Positions 1 through 9,644 of a DNA stretch of 64,000 nucleotides are shown here, one piece after another. The stretch is from positions 5,504 to 69,503 of the forward strand of contig DSCJ01000063.1 of NCBI GenBank assembly GCA_011049175.1, read 5' to 3'. Numbering within the stretch: position 1 is the first letter of the stretch; every line of letters starts with the position of its first letter. The notes beneath the pieces are model-generated. The model did not search any database. It was not told the DNA's origin and saw only the letters and a program-made list of their open reading frames with translations. Source of the stretch: Bacteroidota bacterium (lineage in GTDB: Bacteria > Bacteroidota > Bacteroidia > Bacteroidales > VadinHA17). A program made the position numbers and the translations under genes.

Positions 1-1
1 T

Positions 2-160
2 CCCCTGGCAGCAGAACATTACCGGAACCTTACCCCGGAAGAAGAACTGAATAAACTGAATATTACCCGATTATCGGGATTCGAATACAGGGAAAAAGGG
101 TGTGGCCGCCCAACAAAACGAGAAAGAAGGGAAATCAACCGCCTGAAGAAGCTCTCCTGA
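2..160 (+). CDS. 3' end of an unidentified gene that begins upstream of the window
   Basis: The frame is open from the window edge to TGA at 158-160. The tail reads ...LTPEEELNKLNITRLSGFEYREKGCGRPTKRERREINRLKKLS. No family could be recognised from 52 residues. Confidence 0.35.
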   Translation, partial: PLAAEHYRNLTPEEELNKLNITRLSGFEYREKGCGRPTKRERREINRLKKLS

Positions 161-174
161 AAAGCAGATAGTAT

Positions 175-720
175 ATGCTGATAGCCCAACAAAAACGAAA
201 GGAAAACCTTGCCGAATACATCCTGTATTTGTGGCAGGTGGAAGACATGATCCGCGCCCATGACTTCTCGATGGAAAAAATCAAAGAAAACATCATTGAA
301 CCCTTTGGTTTGCCTCCCGATATCCGCCGGAAAACGGAAGAATGGTACAGCCAGCTGGTTCATCTGATGAAGAATGAAAAAATTGAAGACACCGGACACT
401 GCCGTTTCCTCATCAATCTGGTAAACGATCTGCACCGGCTTCACCTTGAGTTACTCGACCGGCCGGAAGAAACCGCCTACCGGCATCTTCACCGTCAGGC
501 CGAACCACATATCAGGGCCCTGGAAGAAAAAAGCCTGCACAGGTATATGCATGAAACTGACACATGCCTGCATGGTCTGTATGGTTTGCTGCTAATGAAA
601 CTGCAAAAACGCAAAGTACATCCTGAAACACAGGATGCTTTTCAGCATATCGGAAAAATGATCGCCTACCTGGCAGCCCGATACAAAGCCCGCGAAGAAG
701 AGGAAGAAACCCAGGAATAA
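175..720 (+). CDS. DUF4924 family protein (function unknown)
   Basis: 181-aa ORF with an ATG start. The N-terminus QQKRKENLAEYILYLWQVEDMIRA resembles the Bacteroidota DUF4924 family as I remember it. Confidence 0.7.
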   Translation: MLIAQQKRKENLAEYILYLWQVEDMIRAHDFSMEKIKENIIEPFGLPPDIRRKTEEWYSQLVHLMKNEKIEDTGHCRFLINLVNDLHRLHLELLDRPEETAYRHLHRQAEPHIRALEEKSLHRYMHETDTCLHGLYGLLLMKLQKRKVHPETQDAFQHIGKMIAYLAARYKAREEEEETQE

Positions 721-776
721 AATAATCTGCAGCCTGCTGCCGGGCCGGAAATCTGTTCTTGGTACCAAACTCCCTG

Positions 777-1646
777 TCAGAACTTATAGGAAAACCCTAA
801 CCCGAATACTTCCTTGAACTGAATCTTCGGCCTTTTTACCCCATCGTCGTCCATCAATCTGATGTTGTCATCATAAATCAGATGGGTATTGATATTGGCA
901 CTGATGTATTGGTTTATTTTCATAGTAATCAGCACCTCCCAGTTGACATCCACATTCTGGGGTTTATCGAGATAATTGGAGAAAAGATCCAGTTTTGTCA
1001 GCAGATCCACATTGGTAACCACCGGAGTTTTGAAAGCCATTTTCAAATAGCCTCCGAATTCGCCTCTGAATTTTTTACCAGGCTCCAGACCGAATCCCGT
1101 GGCAAGTTCCGCCTCGGTTACTATGGTCATCTTTGATGTAAGAGGTGAGAGAAACAATGTGAAATTGTCACCAGGCTTGTAATCCATACCAAGTGAAGCA
1201 GTAATATAGGCCGGGGCAAGAAAAGATGAAATAACAGTTGAATCATTGGGATAGTCATACCCGTCAGCGAACTGTGTCTTAAAACTGACCATACCGCTGT
1301 AATACCATTTCCCCGATGCTTTCCGGCCATATTTCGAGGAAAACTCGATCCTGTCATCACTTTTCCGAACACCCTGACCCTCATTATTCAGCAACCCATA
1401 TCCCATGTCGAGGTTATTGTCCCAGGTCATTCGTCCTTTCTTCAAATTGGCAAACAGGTTCACAAAAGCATTCCCGGCGATGGAATTGGCCCCGCCGGCA
1501 GCCCAGTTCACAAGGGAAACCTGGGAGAATGAAAGGGAACCGGCACCTCCTGTCTTCCAGCCTTCCAGTGAATCCGCCTATTCCTGTCCCTGGGTAGTGT
1601 TTGGGAACCATAGCAGTAAACCTGCCAGTATGATGTACTTTTTCAT
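777..1646 (-). pseudogene. DUF3078-family outer-membrane beta-barrel protein interrupted by an in-frame TAG after codon 22
   Basis: ATG at 1646 gives MKKYIILAGLLLWFPNTTQGQE, followed by TAG (1580..1578). The same frame continues ADSLEGWKTGGAGSLSFSQVSLVNWAAGGANS... into the 244-aa track ORF (777..1511). The W..GG..L.FSQ.SL.NWAAGGxNS motif and the C-terminal aromatic residue (..GFSYKF) are typical of DUF3078. Confidence 0.7.
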
Positions 1647-1877
1647 CTTATCTTTTTTTTCATGTTTTTTCGGTAAATAAATGCACATCGGTCTGTGGAA
1701 AAGGGATTAAAACGTTAAAGCTACACAATTCTTTCATTATTATTTGTTTTGTTCAACTAGATCATATGAATAATTGACAAATAACCGGTATCCGGATCCC
1801 GGCGAGAGAGTCCGTTGCTCATGATAAAACAAATTATTTTTTTATCTTGCCCGGGCTAACCATCAATACTGCATGTA

Positions 1878-2843
1878 ATGCTGGAATCACTCAAAGTGCT
1901 CGATGAGTTGAGGCTGAATTTTTCCCAGAGCGGACTCTTCATCCTGAACCTGACACTGGCTTTTATTATGTTTGGTGTTGCTCTGGAAATCAAATTCGAA
2001 CATTTCAAGAAAGTAATATTGAATCCAGTTTCCACTCTGGTAGGAGTATTTTCTCAGTTTTTTCTTTTACCTCTAATCACTTTTCTGATCGCGATCCTGC
2101 TGAGACATTACATCACTCCTACCATCGCCCTGGGAATGATTCTGGTGGCTTCATGCCCGGGTGGGAATATCTCCAATTTCATGTCTTCTCTTGCCAGAGG
2201 CAACGTAGCACTTTCAGTCAGTCTAACGGCCATTGCCACCCTTTCTGCCATTTTTATGACGCCGCTGAATTTCTCCCTGTGGGGGGGATTGTTCACTGAA
2301 ATCTACAGCAGAACCGATGCCTCTGGTCTGGTCAGGCCCCTGGAGATTGATGTCGGGCAAATGTTTCAAACGGTTTTTATCCTGCTGGGCATCCCGCTGG
2401 TTCTGGGAATGTGGTTCAACCATCGCTTCCCCGACCTCACAAAAAAAATTGTGGTCCCCATCAAGCGGCTGTCCATAGTGTTCTTTATGGGAATGGTGGT
2501 TATGGCATTTATGAACAATTTCGACTATTTTAAAGCCCATATAAAATACATATTTCTTCTGGTATTCATCCATAATGCCGTGGCACTTACAACAGGTTAT
2601 TCCATAGCCTCTCTGTTCAGGCGCAACGCCACTGACAGAAAAACCATATCCATCGAAACCGGAATACAAAATTCCGGCCTGGGACTGGTTCTTCTCTTCA
2701 ATCCCAAAATATTTCCTCCCGATTTGGCCATCGGGGGAATGGCTTTCATTACCGCCTGGTGGGGCATATGGCATATCCTGTCTGGACTTGGGATCGCCGG
2801 TCTGTGGGGACGCAAGCGTAAAAGGGTTGTCACAATCCAGTAA
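1878..2843 (+). CDS. bile acid:sodium symporter (BASS) family transporter
   Basis: 321-aa polytopic membrane protein. It contains the BASS-like stretch GMILVASCPGGNISNFMSSLARGNVALSVSLT. Confidence 0.85.
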   Translation: MLESLKVLDELRLNFSQSGLFILNLTLAFIMFGVALEIKFEHFKKVILNPVSTLVGVFSQFFLLPLITFLIAILLRHYITPTIALGMILVASCPGGNISNFMSSLARGNVALSVSLTAIATLSAIFMTPLNFSLWGGLFTEIYSRTDASGLVRPLEIDVGQMFQTVFILLGIPLVLGMWFNHRFPDLTKKIVVPIKRLSIVFFMGMVVMAFMNNFDYFKAHIKYIFLLVFIHNAVALTTGYSIASLFRRNATDRKTISIETGIQNSGLGLVLLFNPKIFPPDLAIGGMAFITAWWGIWHILSGLGIAGLWGRKRKRVVTIQ

Positions 2844-2866
2844 AAGAAACACGGCCAAATGTATTA

Positions 2867-4258
2867 ATGATGGAACACATTAGATGGAAAAATCTTGAGC
2901 GCGAATCAATCAGATATGCCCTCCTGAAGATAGGGGTCAAATGGTGGCACAATTTGTTTTATTACCGAAAGGTAACCGCCCTGAACACACATAAAATTCC
3001 CCAAAACCGGCCTCTTATATTTGCCCCCAACCATGAAAACGCCGCTATGGACGGGCTGGCAGTACTGTGCACCACCCGTGGCCAGCCGGTTTTTCTGGCA
3101 CGTTCAGATATATTTAAAAAGAAACTGCCCGCCCTGTTGTTGACTTTCCTCAAAATCATGCCCATTTACCGTATTCGTGACGGAATCAGCAGCCTTCAGA
3201 AAAATGACAGGGTATTCCAGAAAACGGTCGAAATCCTGAAAAGAAAACGACCCCTGGTCATACTGCCCGAAGGAAACCACGCCGAATTCAAAAGACTTCG
3301 ACCATTGAAGAAGGGTATTACACGTATCGCTTTTCAGGCAGAGGAAGCCTCAGGGTACCATCTGGGAATACATATCGTTCCTGTTGGGATCGATTACCGC
3401 GATATTTATAAATTCAAAACCGATGTGCTGGTGAATTATGGCGATCCCATTGATATATCCGATTATTTCGATCTCTACCGGGAAAACGCCCAGAAAGGAA
3501 TGCTGGCCCTGCGGGAACACCTGGCTTCTGCCATTCGGGAACTGATGGTGCAGATTTCCACTGAAAAATATTACCATGGGTATATGGGAATACTCGACCT
3601 GTACTTCCATAGAATGAAAAAAAGGATGGGACTTTCAGGAAACACGCATGCCAATAAATTCCAATCCGACCGGAAACTCGTGGAAATTCTGAATCTTTTT
3701 CTGGAAAAAGACCCTGAGACTGTAGCAAAGCTGAGCCGTAAAGCCGAAAAATTTGTCGCACTCAGGAAAAAGCTGAGGCTCAGAAACTGGCTTTTTGAAA
3801 AAGACAGGGTTTCTTTTCCGGGTATTTTCCTTCACGGATTATTGCTGGTCATCGGTTTCCCGGTGTTTCTGACCGGTCTCCTGACCAACTACATCCCCTG
3901 GCATATTCCCGGAAAAGTTGCTGAACAGTTTGAAGATAAGGTCTTTATTTCAACTGTTAAGTTTGTGGTTTCGTTCCTGCTGTTCCCCCTGTATTACCTT
4001 CTTTTATTCATACTCCTCTGGATTGTTTCCAGCAATCTTCTGATAGCTCTTGGCGGAATTGCCATATGTGCTTTCACCGGATGGATTGGATTCAGATATT
4101 ACATTTCATGGAAAAAATGGTTGGGGAAATACCGTTATCGCAGGTACATGAAAAAGAAAAACAAAACCTTTACAGAAGCAAAAAACCTCAGAAATGAATT
4201 GATCTCCAGGATGGATGAACTGGTTGCTTCCGCCATTCCCCTGCCGGCTTCTTCATGA
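2867..4258 (+). CDS. lysophospholipid (PlsC-like) acyltransferase with a C-terminal membrane anchor region
   Basis: The N-terminal acyltransferase block is FAPNHENAAMDG ... ILPEGN. The C-terminal part has hydrophobic helices and a basic tail. Confidence 0.75.
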   Translation: MMEHIRWKNLERESIRYALLKIGVKWWHNLFYYRKVTALNTHKIPQNRPLIFAPNHENAAMDGLAVLCTTRGQPVFLARSDIFKKKLPALLLTFLKIMPIYRIRDGISSLQKNDRVFQKTVEILKRKRPLVILPEGNHAEFKRLRPLKKGITRIAFQAEEASGYHLGIHIVPVGIDYRDIYKFKTDVLVNYGDPIDISDYFDLYRENAQKGMLALREHLASAIRELMVQISTEKYYHGYMGILDLYFHRMKKRMGLSGNTHANKFQSDRKLVEILNLFLEKDPETVAKLSRKAEKFVALRKKLRLRNWLFEKDRVSFPGIFLHGLLLVIGFPVFLTGLLTNYIPWHIPGKVAEQFEDKVFISTVKFVVSFLLFPLYYLLLFILLWIVSSNLLIALGGIAICAFTGWIGFRYYISWKKWLGKYRYRRYMKKKNKTFTEAKNLRNELISRMDELVASAIPLPASS

Positions 4259-4281
4259 TATACCGGAAACTTTTCAAACGG

Positions 4282-5505
4282 TTAGCTTCCCGCCGCTGCT
4301 TCCACCTCCCGGAAAACCCGCATAAAATTTCCTCCCCAGATTTTCCTGATTTCTTCTTCCGAATAACCTCTTTTTACCAGTTCCTTGGTTATGCTGTGCA
4401 TTTCACTCACATCAAAACAATCTTTCAACCCACCGCCACCGTCGAAATCGGTTCCGATCCCTACATGATCAATACCGGCAACCTCAACCACATGATCAAT
4501 ATGTTCCACCATGTCTGACACCGTGGGCAGAACGGGTGGATATTTCCGGTCCAGTGCATACCATTCCTGCCGTACTTTTTCCATGGTTTCCTCGTCAAGT
4601 TCTGAAAAATTCCCGTATTTCTCCCTGAGCGCCACCCGGGCAGAGTCGCGTTGGGGGTTGGATTCAATATCGGCCACATAGGAAGGAACAAAACAGATTT
4701 GCACCACTCCTCCATTGGTTGCCAGAGCCTTCAGCATATCATCGTCCAAATTTCTCTGACTGGCACACAGGGCGCGGGTACATGAATGGGAAGCAATCAC
4801 CGGGGTGCGGGTTATCTTCAGCACATCATAAAAAGCTTCATCACTGATGTGCGAAACATCGATCATCATTCCCAGCCGGTTCATTTCTTTCACTACCTCT
4901 TCACCAAAGGGCGAAAGGCCATGATGCTCCGGTCCTCCGGGATCAGTCGATGAATCGCAGATATCATTGTTGCTGCTGTGACAAAGCGTGATATACCTGG
5001 CGCCCCGGCGGTAATATTCCTCCACCATTTCAAGATCCGTTCCAATAGGGTATCCGTTTTCCAGACCGATATACACAGCCCGTTTCCCCGTCTTTTCAAT
5101 CCGGTATCCGTCATCGGGGGTATAAGCCAGTTCAGCCTGCTCACTGTTACTCTCCACTGCATCCTTCAATACCGAAAAAATCTCATCTGTGGTTTCCCTG
5201 GCTTTCCTGATACCTTCCGGAGTTCGTTCTCCCTGGCCGATAAAAACAGCAAAAAATATGGCATCCAGCCCTCCTTCCTTCATGCGGGGAAAATCTACTT
5301 TACTGCCGTTTTCATAGGGATCATTCCGTTTCCCAACATCAAAATGTTCCCCTCCGAGTCGTAGCGGAGTATCCGTGTGTGTATCCACAGTAAAAACCTT
5401 TTCATGGATTTTTTCTGCCTTGCGCTGTATCCGTTTTTCGCTCTGAGTACTTTTACAACCCGAAAAAAGAAGACCGGCAATCAGGACTAAATAATTCAAT
5501 TTCAT
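4282..5505 (-). CDS. membrane dipeptidase (peptidase family M19), lipoprotein
   Basis: A lipobox-like signal is present (LLFSGC). The DTHTDTP..., LCHSSNND, VSHISDEAF and IGTDFDGGG blocks are characteristic of renal-type dipeptidases. Confidence 0.85.
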   Translation of the reverse strand: MKLNYLVLIAGLLFSGCKSTQSEKRIQRKAEKIHEKVFTVDTHTDTPLRLGGEHFDVGKRNDPYENGSKVDFPRMKEGGLDAIFFAVFIGQGERTPEGIRKARETTDEIFSVLKDAVESNSEQAELAYTPDDGYRIEKTGKRAVYIGLENGYPIGTDLEMVEEYYRRGARYITLCHSSNNDICDSSTDPGGPEHHGLSPFGEEVVKEMNRLGMMIDVSHISDEAFYDVLKITRTPVIASHSCTRALCASQRNLDDDMLKALATNGGVVQICFVPSYVADIESNPQRDSARVALREKYGNFSELDEETMEKVRQEWYALDRKYPPVLPTVSDMVEHIDHVVEVAGIDHVGIGTDFDGGGGLKDCFDVSEMHSITKELVKRGYSEEEIRKIWGGNFMRVFREVEAAAGS

Positions 5506-5572
5506 TTTTAAATCAGTTTATTTACAGTGTCAAAAAATTCTCTTCTTTTGAATCAATCAGGCCCTGAAATTA

Positions 5573-5612
5573 TAAAAAAATAAAGAGGTTGTTCGCAAAC
5601 AACCTCTTTATT
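5573..5612 (-). terminator. rho-independent terminator downstream of the YceI-like gene
   Basis: A perfect 12-bp stem (aaagaggttgtt at 5582-5593 pairing with aacaacctcttt at 5598-5609) has a 4-nt loop. The plus-strand A-run at 5573-5581 gives a U-tract on the minus-strand transcript. Confidence 0.8.
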
Positions 5613-5629
5613 TATTCTCTTTCAGCAGA

Positions 5630-6307
5630 TTAATCAGTAACTATACTGATTTTCAATCCCATTTCATCGTAAATAAATTGATCTTTCAGGTTGTCGAATA
5701 TTTTCCTTGAACCGTAATTCACTCCCCACACCGTACGGTCAATGGTAAAGGAATTGGTTTCGCCAACATAAATCTCACCTTCGCGGTAAACCCGTCCTGG
5801 AAATGAAATTCCTCTGGTAATTCCCTTCATCGTTAAATTTCCTGTGATCAGATGAGTGGGTTTAAATTCACCCTCCACCCCGGATATTTCATCTTTCTTT
5901 TCCACACGGGTAATGACGAATGTGGCCACTGGAAAGGAATCCACATGAAAAAAATCGGACGATTTCAAATGTCCAATAAGCTGGGCGTTCATATCCGGGT
6001 CATCAAGGTCTTCATTCACTATGGTTTGAAGATCGATCACAAATTCTCCTCCGTTGATCTCACCGTTCTCCACTGTAACATAACCCTCACGGATCATCAC
6101 GGTACCATGATGATTGCCGGTAAGCTTGGAACCCGTCCATTCAATCCGGCTCTGTTCCGTGTTAACGGGAATCTGTTTCGCATCTGTAGTCTTTAGTTCT
6201 GTGGCTTCTTTTGTTTCTGCTCTGGTCCCACCGGGACCCTGATTGCATGATGACAATGCAAGGGCAAACCCCGTAAGTATGATCATGCCTGATCTGATTG
6301 TTTTCAT
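5630..6307 (-). CDS. YceI family (polyisoprenoid-binding) lipoprotein
   Basis: The IEWTGSKLTGNHHGTV...GGEFVIDLQTI motif is YceI-like. ATG at 6307 gives MKTIRSGMIILTGFALALSSC, which contains a lipobox. The track start at 6334 is a GTG and is less likely. Confidence 0.85.
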   Translation of the reverse strand: MKTIRSGMIILTGFALALSSCNQGPGGTRAETKEATELKTTDAKQIPVNTEQSRIEWTGSKLTGNHHGTVMIREGYVTVENGEINGGEFVIDLQTIVNEDLDDPDMNAQLIGHLKSSDFFHVDSFPVATFVITRVEKKDEISGVEGEFKPTHLITGNLTMKGITRGISFPGRVYREGEIYVGETNSFTIDRTVWGVNYGSRKIFDNLKDQFIYDEMGLKISIVTD

Positions 6308-6408
6308 ATTTCCATTTTTTAGTCTATCCAACACAGTAAACAGAAAAACAATCCCTCAACCGGAATGTTCATTGCATAAATCAAAAAAAGGAAAGGAGCT
6401 GGCAGAAA

Positions 6409-7038
6409 CTAGTGGGGAAAGAAAAGGCTGATGATCACAATGGATCCTACCAGTACCAGAAAACCGCCAGAAATTCGGTTTACCCAGAGCAATCCTCTCA
6501 AGCGCAGGCGTGTACGGAAACTGTAAACCAGTGAACTGAGAAAAAACCACCAAAGAGAAGCGCCAACAAACACTCCCGTGAACAGGATGATATTCTGTAA
6601 CAGGCTGGTCTGGTCTAGTACCACGTTCAAAGCTGTAAAAATACCAAGAAACAACAGGATGGCCATGGGATTGGAAAGAGTGAACAGCAACACGGAAACA
6701 AAATCCTGTACCAGGTTGTTTTTTGACACTTTTCTGTTTCTGAATCTTTTTACAGGATTTGTGCTGAAAAGACGCCAGCCGAAATACATGATAAATATTC
6801 CTCCCAGGATCTGAAAGTAGAGTTCCTGCTGATGGATAAAATTGATAATAAACGTAATTCCGAATCCGGTGACCAATGCAAAAATAGTATCGGCTGTAGC
6901 AGCCCCTAATCCGGAAAAAAAACCGCTGTATCTTCCGTGGTTCAGAGTACGTGTTACACAAACCATGCCCATAGGACCGAGAGGCACCGACACTGCCAGC
7001 CCAATAAGCAAACCCTTCAATAACAAAATGGTATTCAT
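6409..7038 (-). CDS. LysE/RhtB family amino-acid exporter
   Basis: 209-aa protein with six predicted TM helices. The N-terminus LKGLLIGLAVSVPLGPMGMVCV is typical of the LysE family. Confidence 0.85.
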   Translation of the reverse strand: MNTILLLKGLLIGLAVSVPLGPMGMVCVTRTLNHGRYSGFFSGLGAATADTIFALVTGFGITFIINFIHQQELYFQILGGIFIMYFGWRLFSTNPVKRFRNRKVSKNNLVQDFVSVLLFTLSNPMAILLFLGIFTALNVVLDQTSLLQNIILFTGVFVGASLWWFFLSSLVYSFRTRLRLRGLLWVNRISGGFLVLVGSIVIISLFFPH

Positions 7039-7213
7039 CCTTTACTCAATCCTTCGTAAATTCCCCGTTTTCAATCCCATATACCTGTGCAGGGTAAATT
7101 TTAAGGGGGTGAAAATAAGAAAAATTAATGAACAATTACCTTCATGGCACAAAAAATCCTATACCAGACGTACAAATATTACACCAAAGTCTTCATTCAG
7201 GATAAAATATATT

Positions 7214-8638
7214 CTAAATCAAACGGGAACGGACCAGCAACCGGGGTTCCATCATTTCGGTAATGGCATATTTCAACCCTTCCCTGCCGAATCCCGAATC
7301 TTTTACTCCTCCGTATGGCATGTGATCGACACGAAATGTGGGCACATCATTCATGATCACTGCGCCGGTACGGGTATATTCAATGGCATATTGTTCCTCG
7401 GCCAGGTCCCGAGTAAATACTCCCGCCTGTAGCCCGTATCTCGAATCGTTGATCATCCGGATAGCTTCAGAAAAATCATCAAAAGGTTCCACACTCACCA
7501 CCGGTCCGAATACCTCCAGGGCACATACTTTCATATCGGAAAGAGTTCCGCTAAGAATCGTCGGTTCCACAAAGCTGCCCCTTCTTATTCCTCCCCTCAG
7601 GACTTTTGCACCCCCTTTCTCCGCTTCTCTGATCCATTCCTCCACTCGCAGGGCATTTTCTTCATCAATCATCACGGAAATATCAGTATCAGGATCAAGC
7701 GGGTCTCCGTATTTCAGTTTTCCCGCACCGGCCACAAATTTCTCAAGAAATGAATCAAACAGGTAAGTATGTACAAAAATCCTCTGCACATGGATGCACA
7801 CCTGACCGGAATAGGCAAAACCACCCGATACGCATTTGCTCACAGCGGTATCCAGATCTGCAGAACGGGATATCACCACACCGGCATTCCCGCCCAGTTC
7901 CAGCAACACTTTCTTTTTCCCTGCCTGGTTTTTCATGGCCCATCCCACCTCCGGGGAACCGGTAAATGATAGCATATGGATCCGTTCATCGGTCACCAGC
8001 TGGTTCCCGGCCTTCCGGTCCATGGGCAGGATAGAAACACCGCCGGCAGGCCATCCGCTCCGGTGGATGAGCTTTGCAAGTTCAAGAACCGATAGCGGAG
8101 TTGACCGGGCAGGTTTCAGAATAATGGCATTCCCGGCAGCCATAGCAGGAGCAATTTTATGAACCGCAAGATTCAGAGGGAAATTAAACGGAGCAATACC
8201 GGCCACCAGTCCCAGTGGAAAATATTTAATCAGTCCTTCCTTCCCCACACCTGCAGGAGTCCAGTCCAGACTGATATATTCACGTGGCAGTCGCCTCGAT
8301 TCTTCTGCCGCCACATGAAAAACCTGGATGGCGCGATCAATTTCTGCCAGCGCATACTTCAGCGGTTTCCCCGATTCCATAGCCAGCACCCTGGCAAATC
8401 GTTCCCGTTCAGCTGAGATCATGGAAGAAATGCTTTCCAGAATATTGTATCTGGAATAGCCTGGCAATGCCTGTAACTCTCCTGATACCTCCTGTGCTTT
8501 CCGGATAGCATCTTCCAGCTCAGACTCCCCGGCCAGGTAGGTCGCGGCAACGATCTCCCCTGAATAAGGGTTCCTTACAGGAAGGTCGGTAGCGGTTTCC
8601 CGGAATACACCTCCCACAAATATCGGATATGTTTTCAT
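7214..8638 (-). CDS. NAD(P)-dependent aldehyde dehydrogenase family protein
   Basis: 474 aa. The ALDH signatures are present: FNFPLNL, LELGGNA and catalytic-Cys context YSGQVCIHVQR. Confidence 0.9.
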   Translation of the reverse strand: MKTYPIFVGGVFRETATDLPVRNPYSGEIVAATYLAGESELEDAIRKAQEVSGELQALPGYSRYNILESISSMISAERERFARVLAMESGKPLKYALAEIDRAIQVFHVAAEESRRLPREYISLDWTPAGVGKEGLIKYFPLGLVAGIAPFNFPLNLAVHKIAPAMAAGNAIILKPARSTPLSVLELAKLIHRSGWPAGGVSILPMDRKAGNQLVTDERIHMLSFTGSPEVGWAMKNQAGKKKVLLELGGNAGVVISRSADLDTAVSKCVSGGFAYSGQVCIHVQRIFVHTYLFDSFLEKFVAGAGKLKYGDPLDPDTDISVMIDEENALRVEEWIREAEKGGAKVLRGGIRRGSFVEPTILSGTLSDMKVCALEVFGPVVSVEPFDDFSEAIRMINDSRYGLQAGVFTRDLAEEQYAIEYTRTGAVIMNDVPTFRVDHMPYGGVKDSGFGREGLKYAITEMMEPRLLVRSRLI

Positions 8639-8715
8639 GCTTTTTTGTTTTTAAAGATAAGTAATCGCAGCTTTTTATCTTAACGGTTACCTTCCCGATA
8701 TTCTTTTCAAATTTC

Positions 8716-8723
8716 TATCTTTG
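8716..8723 (+). promoter_or_regulatory. candidate Bacteroidota -7 promoter element (TAnnTTTG)
   Basis: tatctttg matches TAnnTTTG and ends 16 nt upstream of ATG 8739. No good -33 TTTG partner was seen. Confidence 0.3.
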
Positions 8724-8738
8724 CCCAAATTTTGGATT

Positions 8739-9623
8739 ATGCTCGAGAAGAAAAGTTGGCAATGGGCTGTTCTCCTGGTACTTTCTTTAATCTGGGGATC
8801 CTCTTTCATTCTGATGAAACGCGGTCTGGAATCATTCAATCCCTACCAGGTAGCTGCTTTCCGCATCTTCCTTTCCTTTGTTTTCCTCCTGCCCATGATT
8901 TTACAGCGATTGAAACGATTGAACCGGAATAATCTGAGATCCGTTCTGATCGTTGGTTTTATCGGGAACTTTTTCCCCGCATTTCTTTTCACCACGGCCC
9001 AGACCCAGATCACCAGTTCCCTGGCCGGTATTCTCAATTCCTGTACACCGCTGTTCACCCTGCTCGTAGGGATCCTGATCTATAAAACCAGGTTCCTGCT
9101 GATCAATGTCATCGGATTATTCCTCGGGTTTATCGGGGCCATCGGTATAATATACAACGGAGGAATCACATTGAACGGCGGGAATCCCTGGTTCGCCCTC
9201 TTCATTATTCTGGCAACCCTGTTCTACGCCATCAGCGTAAATGAAATCAGGAATTATTTACATCAGATGGACGGAGCCACCATCTCATCACTGGCATTCC
9301 TGTTCATTGGGCCGGTTGCGGGCATCTACCTGATCTTTTCCGATTTCAGTGCAGCCATGGCTACACCCAACCACTGGAAAAATTTCGGATACATTGTTCT
9401 TCTGGCTTTTTTCGGATCCTTTATCGCCACCATCCTGTTCAATGAACTGGTGAGAAGGACATCGGCCATTTTCGGAGCATCGGTCACCTATCTCATACCG
9501 GCTTTTGCAATAATGTGGGGAATTTTCGACGGTGAATCATTCGGATTCGAGCAATTCCTCTGGGTTTTGGTCGTACTGGCAGGAGTATATCTGGTCAATA
9601 AGAAAAAGCTTGTCATGCTCTGA
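8739..9623 (+). CDS. EamA/DMT family transporter
   Basis: Ten predicted hydrophobic helices with two EamA-like halves. ATG 8739 (MLEKKSWQW...) is preferred over the TTG at 8721 used by the track. Confidence 0.85.
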   Translation: MLEKKSWQWAVLLVLSLIWGSSFILMKRGLESFNPYQVAAFRIFLSFVFLLPMILQRLKRLNRNNLRSVLIVGFIGNFFPAFLFTTAQTQITSSLAGILNSCTPLFTLLVGILIYKTRFLLINVIGLFLGFIGAIGIIYNGGITLNGGNPWFALFIILATLFYAISVNEIRNYLHQMDGATISSLAFLFIGPVAGIYLIFSDFSAAMATPNHWKNFGYIVLLAFFGSFIATILFNELVRRTSAIFGASVTYLIPAFAIMWGIFDGESFGFEQFLWVLVVLAGVYLVNKKKLVML

Positions 9624-9644
9624 GAAATATGCCTTGTCTGTTCC

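Noticed and set aside
70-95. The sequence gggattcgaatac looks like a tRNA T-arm (GGTTCGAATCC).
   Set aside because: It lies inside an open reading frame. There are no matching acceptor, D or anticodon stems around it. No intergenic gap in the window folds into a cloverleaf by eye.
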